DNA from: an uncultured delta proteobacterium
Lineage (GTDB): Bacteria > Desulfobacterota > Desulfomonilia > UBA1062
Length of the DNA stretch: 64,000 bases
Assembly (NCBI GenBank): GCA_963752595.1
Contig: CAVVYZ010000005.1
Location: 32,001-96,000 of the forward strand
Reading direction: 5' to 3'
A model generated the notes under the pieces. It did no database searches and was not told the DNA's origin. It saw only the letters and a list, made by a program, of their open reading frames with translations. The position numbers and the translations under genes were made by a program. Position 1 is the first letter of the stretch. The number at the start of each line of letters is the position of its first letter. Below, piece after piece: positions 60,362-64,000 of the stretch.

Positions 60362-63300
60362 TTATGCAGTCATAACTTCTGCCGCAGGAACCCTTTCTTC
60401 CGATATCTGTCCGGTGTGATCTGCCGCGAGGAAGAGGTACATGGCCGGCACAACGAACAGGGTGAACAGTGTCCCGATAGCTATGCCGGTCGTGATCACG
60501 AGTCCCATGTTGAATCGGCCTGCAGCTCCGGCTCCGGACGCGAAGACGAGCGGCATTACGCCCAACACCATAGCTGCCGTGGTCATGAGGATCGGCCTTA
60601 AGCGTATGGTCGCAGCCTCCTCGATGGCCTCGCGTTTTACCCTTCCCTCCCGCTGAAGGTCATTGGCGAACTGGACGATGAGGATGCCGTGCTTGCTGAT
60701 AAGGCCTACGAGCGTCACCAGCCCGACCTCGGTGTAGATGTTCAGGCTCGCGCCGCCGATGCCCAGGCTGATGAAGATCAAAGCCCCGCAGATGGACATG
60801 GGCACGCTGACGAGTACGATGACCGGATCGCGGAAGCTCTCGAACAATGCAGCCAGAGCCAGAAAGATGATGATGAGCGCAAAGGCGAATGTGACGAGGA
60901 GAGCACTCGATTCCTGAACGTACTGCCGCGACTCGCCTCCGTAGTCGATGCTGTAGCCCTGGGGCAGCACCTCACCGGCAGCCTTATTGAGGGCATCCAA
61001 TGCCTGGCCCTGGGTGATGCCGGGAGAAGGAACTCCCGAGATGGTGGCGGAGTTGAGCTGCTGGAAGTGATTGAGCGACACCGGCACCACACCGGTCTTG
61101 AGATGCGCAATGGTGGAAAGCGGTATCGATTCACCTTCGGCAGTATTGACATAGTAATTGTTCAACTGGTCGGCCGTGAGCCGCTCGCTCTGCATCACCT
61201 GGGGAATCACCTTGTACGAACGGCCGGACATGCTGAAATAGTTCACATAGCCCCCGCCCAGCATTGAGGCAAGGGACCCGCCCAGATCAGCCATGGTCAG
61301 GCCCAGCTGTGCGGCCTTGTCCCGGTCGAACTCCACCATGACCTGCGGCTTGTCGATCTTGAGGTCGGTGTCCACGAACATGAACATCCCGCTGGCGGCC
61401 GCCTTATCCTTCATGGCCTGGGAGACCTCGTTCAGCCGTTCGAAGGAGTCGGTGGTGCCGATCACAAACTGCACCGGCATTCCATGTCCGGATCCGGGCA
61501 GGGACGGAGGCGGGAAGGCCACCCCCCGGGCCCCGGCGATGCTCCCGAGCTTGGCCTGTATCTCGGGCTGGAGCTCGCCGGCCGAACGGCCCCGCTCGCC
61601 CCAGGGTTTGAGCACCAGGCCCACAAAGGCCGAGTTGAGTCCGGAGAATCCCTCTACCTGGAATATATGATCGATTTCCGGTATGGGTGCCAGGGCATCA
61701 TAAACCTGTTTGGAATAGAGCTGCGTCTGCTGCAGGCTGGCATCCGGGGCAGCAGACAGCATGGTCATGAAGAAGCCCTGGTCCTCCTGTGGTGCGAGCT
61801 CGCTCCGGGCGCTGACAAACAGGAAGTAGTTGCTCAGGAGGATGACGCCTGCGAACACCCCGACCACGGGCAGCGAGTTCAGCGCCCCTTTGAGCAGCCG
61901 GGCATAGCCGGACCTGATGCGGTTGAATCTCTCGTCGATGAAATCCGTGAAACGGTGCCGCGAGTCTTGTCCCGGGTGCTTGAGGAACCGCGAGCACATC
62001 ATGGGCGAAAGCGTCAGCGCGATGACAGCCGAAACGAACACTGCGCCTGCCAGCGTGTAGGCGAACTCGGTGAACAAGGTCCCGGTGAGGCCTCCCATGA
62101 ATCCGATGGGTATGTATACCGCGATCAGAACCACGGTCATGGCGACTATAGGCCCGCCGAGCTCGCGGGCACCCCGGAGAGCGGCTTCCTGGAGCGGGAC
62201 GCCCTCTTCCAGGTGGCGGTGCACGTTTTCCACCACGATGATCGCATCGTCCACCACGAGGCCGATGGCGAGCACCAGTGCCAGGAGCGTCATGAGGTTG
62301 ATGGTGTAACCCAGGATGAGCATGATGAAGAATGCACCGATCAGCGATAACGGTATGGCCACGGTCGGGATGAGCACCGAGCGTACCGAGCCCAGAGAGA
62401 GGAAGATAACCAGAGTCACGATGAGCAGGGCCTCGATCAGGGTAATCACCACCTCATGGATCGAGCTGTTCACGTAGTCCGTGGCATCGTAGACGATACG
62501 GCCGTCCAGCCCCTGGGGAAGCTGATGGGCAATGGCCGGGAATACCTTGCGCACTTCTTCCACGACCGAGAGCAGGTTCGCGTTCGGAGCCACCTTGATG
62601 GCCATGAACACCGCGCTCTTGCCGTCGAAATGCACCGCCGAGTCGTAGTTCTCCGCACCGAGCGTTACATTGGCGATGTCTCCGAGGCGGACGATGGCCC
62701 CGTCAACCGACTTGACAGCGAGGTTGCGGAATTCTTCCACCGAGTGCAGGCCTGTTGCTGCGGTGAGATTTACGGTTACCATCTGTCCCTGCGTGCGGCC
62801 CAGAGCCGAGATGAAGTCGTTGGCCGAGAGCGCGTTCCTCACGTCCGTGGCGGTCAGGCCGTGGGCGGACATCCGGGCCGGATCGAGCCATGCCCGCAAC
62901 GCGAACTCCTGCTTGCCGAAGATCTCGGCCGTCTGAACTCCCTCCACTGCCTGCAGCTTCGGCTGCACGACCCTGATGAGGTAATCCGTGATCTTGTTCG
63001 TGGGCAGGTCCTCGCTGTAAAACCCCATGATCATCGAGCCGATGTCCTCGCCTGTAGACAGGCTGATCACAGGCTGCTGGGCCTCCCTGGGAAGCTGGTT
63101 CACCACCGCGTTGACCTTGGTGTTGATCTCGGTGAGCGCCTTGTTCGCATCGTAGTTCAGACGCAGGTTCGCCGTGATGGTGCTCACGCTCTGCGAGCTC
63201 GACGAGGTGAGATAGTCGATGCCGTTCGCCTGGGCAATGGAGTTTTCGAGCGGGGTCGTGATGAAGCCGGACACGAGCTCGGGATCGGCCCCCGTATACA

Positions 63301-63448
63301 CGGTCATGACCGTGACCACGGCATTCTGGGTTTCCGGATATTGGCGCACCGGCAGCAGATTGATCGACCTCAAGCCCAGGACCAGGATCAGGAGGCTCAT
63401 CACGGTGGCAAGAACGGGCCTGCGCACGAAGATATCTGTAAATTTCAT
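60362..63448 (-). CDS. RND efflux permease (AcrB/MexW-MexI type)
   Basis: MKFTDIFVRRPVLA, AIGLVVDDAIIVVEN, GLISKHGILIV and RLRPILMTT. Confidence 0.95.
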   Translation of the reverse strand: MKFTDIFVRRPVLATVMSLLILVLGLRSINLLPVRQYPETQNAVVTVMTVYTGADPELVSGFITTPLENSIAQANGIDYLTSSSSQSVSTITANLRLNYDANKALTEINTKVNAVVNQLPREAQQPVISLSTGEDIGSMIMGFYSEDLPTNKITDYLIRVVQPKLQAVEGVQTAEIFGKQEFALRAWLDPARMSAHGLTATDVRNALSANDFISALGRTQGQMVTVNLTAATGLHSVEEFRNLAVKSVDGAIVRLGDIANVTLGAENYDSAVHFDGKSAVFMAIKVAPNANLLSVVEEVRKVFPAIAHQLPQGLDGRIVYDATDYVNSSIHEVVITLIEALLIVTLVIFLSLGSVRSVLIPTVAIPLSLIGAFFIMLILGYTINLMTLLALVLAIGLVVDDAIIVVENVHRHLEEGVPLQEAALRGARELGGPIVAMTVVLIAVYIPIGFMGGLTGTLFTEFAYTLAGAVFVSAVIALTLSPMMCSRFLKHPGQDSRHRFTDFIDERFNRIRSGYARLLKGALNSLPVVGVFAGVILLSNYFLFVSARSELAPQEDQGFFMTMLSAAPDASLQQTQLYSKQVYDALAPIPEIDHIFQVEGFSGLNSAFVGLVLKPWGERGRSAGELQPEIQAKLGSIAGARGVAFPPPSLPGSGHGMPVQFVIGTTDSFERLNEVSQAMKDKAAASGMFMFVDTDLKIDKPQVMVEFDRDKAAQLGLTMADLGGSLASMLGGGYVNYFSMSGRSYKVIPQVMQSERLTADQLNNYYVNTAEGESIPLSTIAHLKTGVVPVSLNHFQQLNSATISGVPSPGITQGQALDALNKAAGEVLPQGYSIDYGGESRQYVQESSALLVTFAFALIIIFLALAALFESFRDPVIVLVSVPMSICGALIFISLGIGGASLNIYTEVGLVTLVGLISKHGILIVQFANDLQREGRVKREAIEEAATIRLRPILMTTAAMVLGVMPLVFASGAGAAGRFNMGLVITTGIAIGTLFTLFVVPAMYLFLAADHTGQISEERVPAAEVMTA

Positions 63449-63464
63449 AGGTCAGCCTTTTTCC

Positions 63465-64000
63465 TTACTTGTCCATGGGTTTCGGTGCAGCATCGTTCAG
63501 CGGCCGGACTTTGTTGTCTATGATGACCGGGCTCCCGCTCCTGAGCTTGAGCTGCCCGCTCGTGACCACTGTCTCCCCTTCCCTGATGCCGGAGAGAACG
63601 GCGATCTGATCGCCCCGGGAAGGACCCACGGTGATGAAGGTCTGCCTGGCAAAGAGGGCGGGTTTCCCGTCCTTGCCTTTGTCATCCACGAGATAGACGG
63701 TCTCGCCGTAGGGATTGAAGACCACTGCTGTCCTGGGCAGCGTCAGATAGCTCTGCGCCTGACCGGCCTTGACCTCGACCGAGACAAACATGCCCGGCAG
63801 AAGCTCGTGCCCCGGATTTGCGATCTTCGCTTCGATGCGCACATTGCGCGTGCTCGTCTCCACCTGGGGATTGATGGCGCTCACTGTCCCGCTGAAAGTC
63901 TTGCCCGGGTAGGCATCGGAGGTTGCGGCAATAGTCTGGCCTTTCATGATCCGGGACAGCTCCTGCTGAGGCAGGGAGAAGTCCACATACAGATAATCCA
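63465..64000 (-). CDS. RND efflux periplasmic adaptor (MFP), 5' end truncated by the window
   Basis: VDFSLPQQEL, FSGTVSAINP..TRNV, LLPGMF and VVTSGQLKL. Confidence 0.9.
   Translation of the reverse strand, partial: DYLYVDFSLPQQELSRIMKGQTIAATSDAYPGKTFSGTVSAINPQVETSTRNVRIEAKIANPGHELLPGMFVSVEVKAGQAQSYLTLPRTAVVFNPYGETVYLVDDKGKDGKPALFARQTFITVGPSRGDQIAVLSGIREGETVVTSGQLKLRSGSPVIIDNKVRPLNDAAPKPMDK

Overview
A gene-dense, GC-rich chromosomal window from an anaerobe. The gene content suggests a Desulfobacterota/Syntrophales-like organism (inference). I found no rRNA, tRNA, CRISPR array, transposase or phage genes. The left half is mixed housekeeping and signalling: asd, cysE, a cfa-like methyltransferase paired with a geranylgeranyl-reductase-like flavoprotein, an ECF sigma/anti-sigma/Spy module, and a ~2300-aa MEDS-11xPAS hybrid histidine kinase with a REC-HDOD partner. 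The right half (29.3-60.2 kb) is dominated by lipid catabolism. It holds an AOR-SCP2-ADH-SCP2 cluster, three acyl-CoA dehydrogenase genes (two probably forming a heteromeric enzyme), a MalT/AlkS-like LuxR activator, a group 3b [NiFe]-hydrogenase operon, two acetoacetate-decarboxylase-superfamily proteins (one fused to a ketopantoate-reductase domain) and a ligase-thiolase-hydratase-dehydrogenase beta-oxidation cluster. An RND efflux pump ends the window. The strongest non-obvious signal is a 26-bp motif (core CATAC-N4-GTAKG) at the same promoter position in front of two beta-oxidation units 21 kb apart, which suggests a shared regulon. Several genes (asd, DUF3999-like, the kinase, ECH, HADH) carry single-base indels that are most likely sequencing errors. 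All protein calls come from motif recognition; no database search was run.
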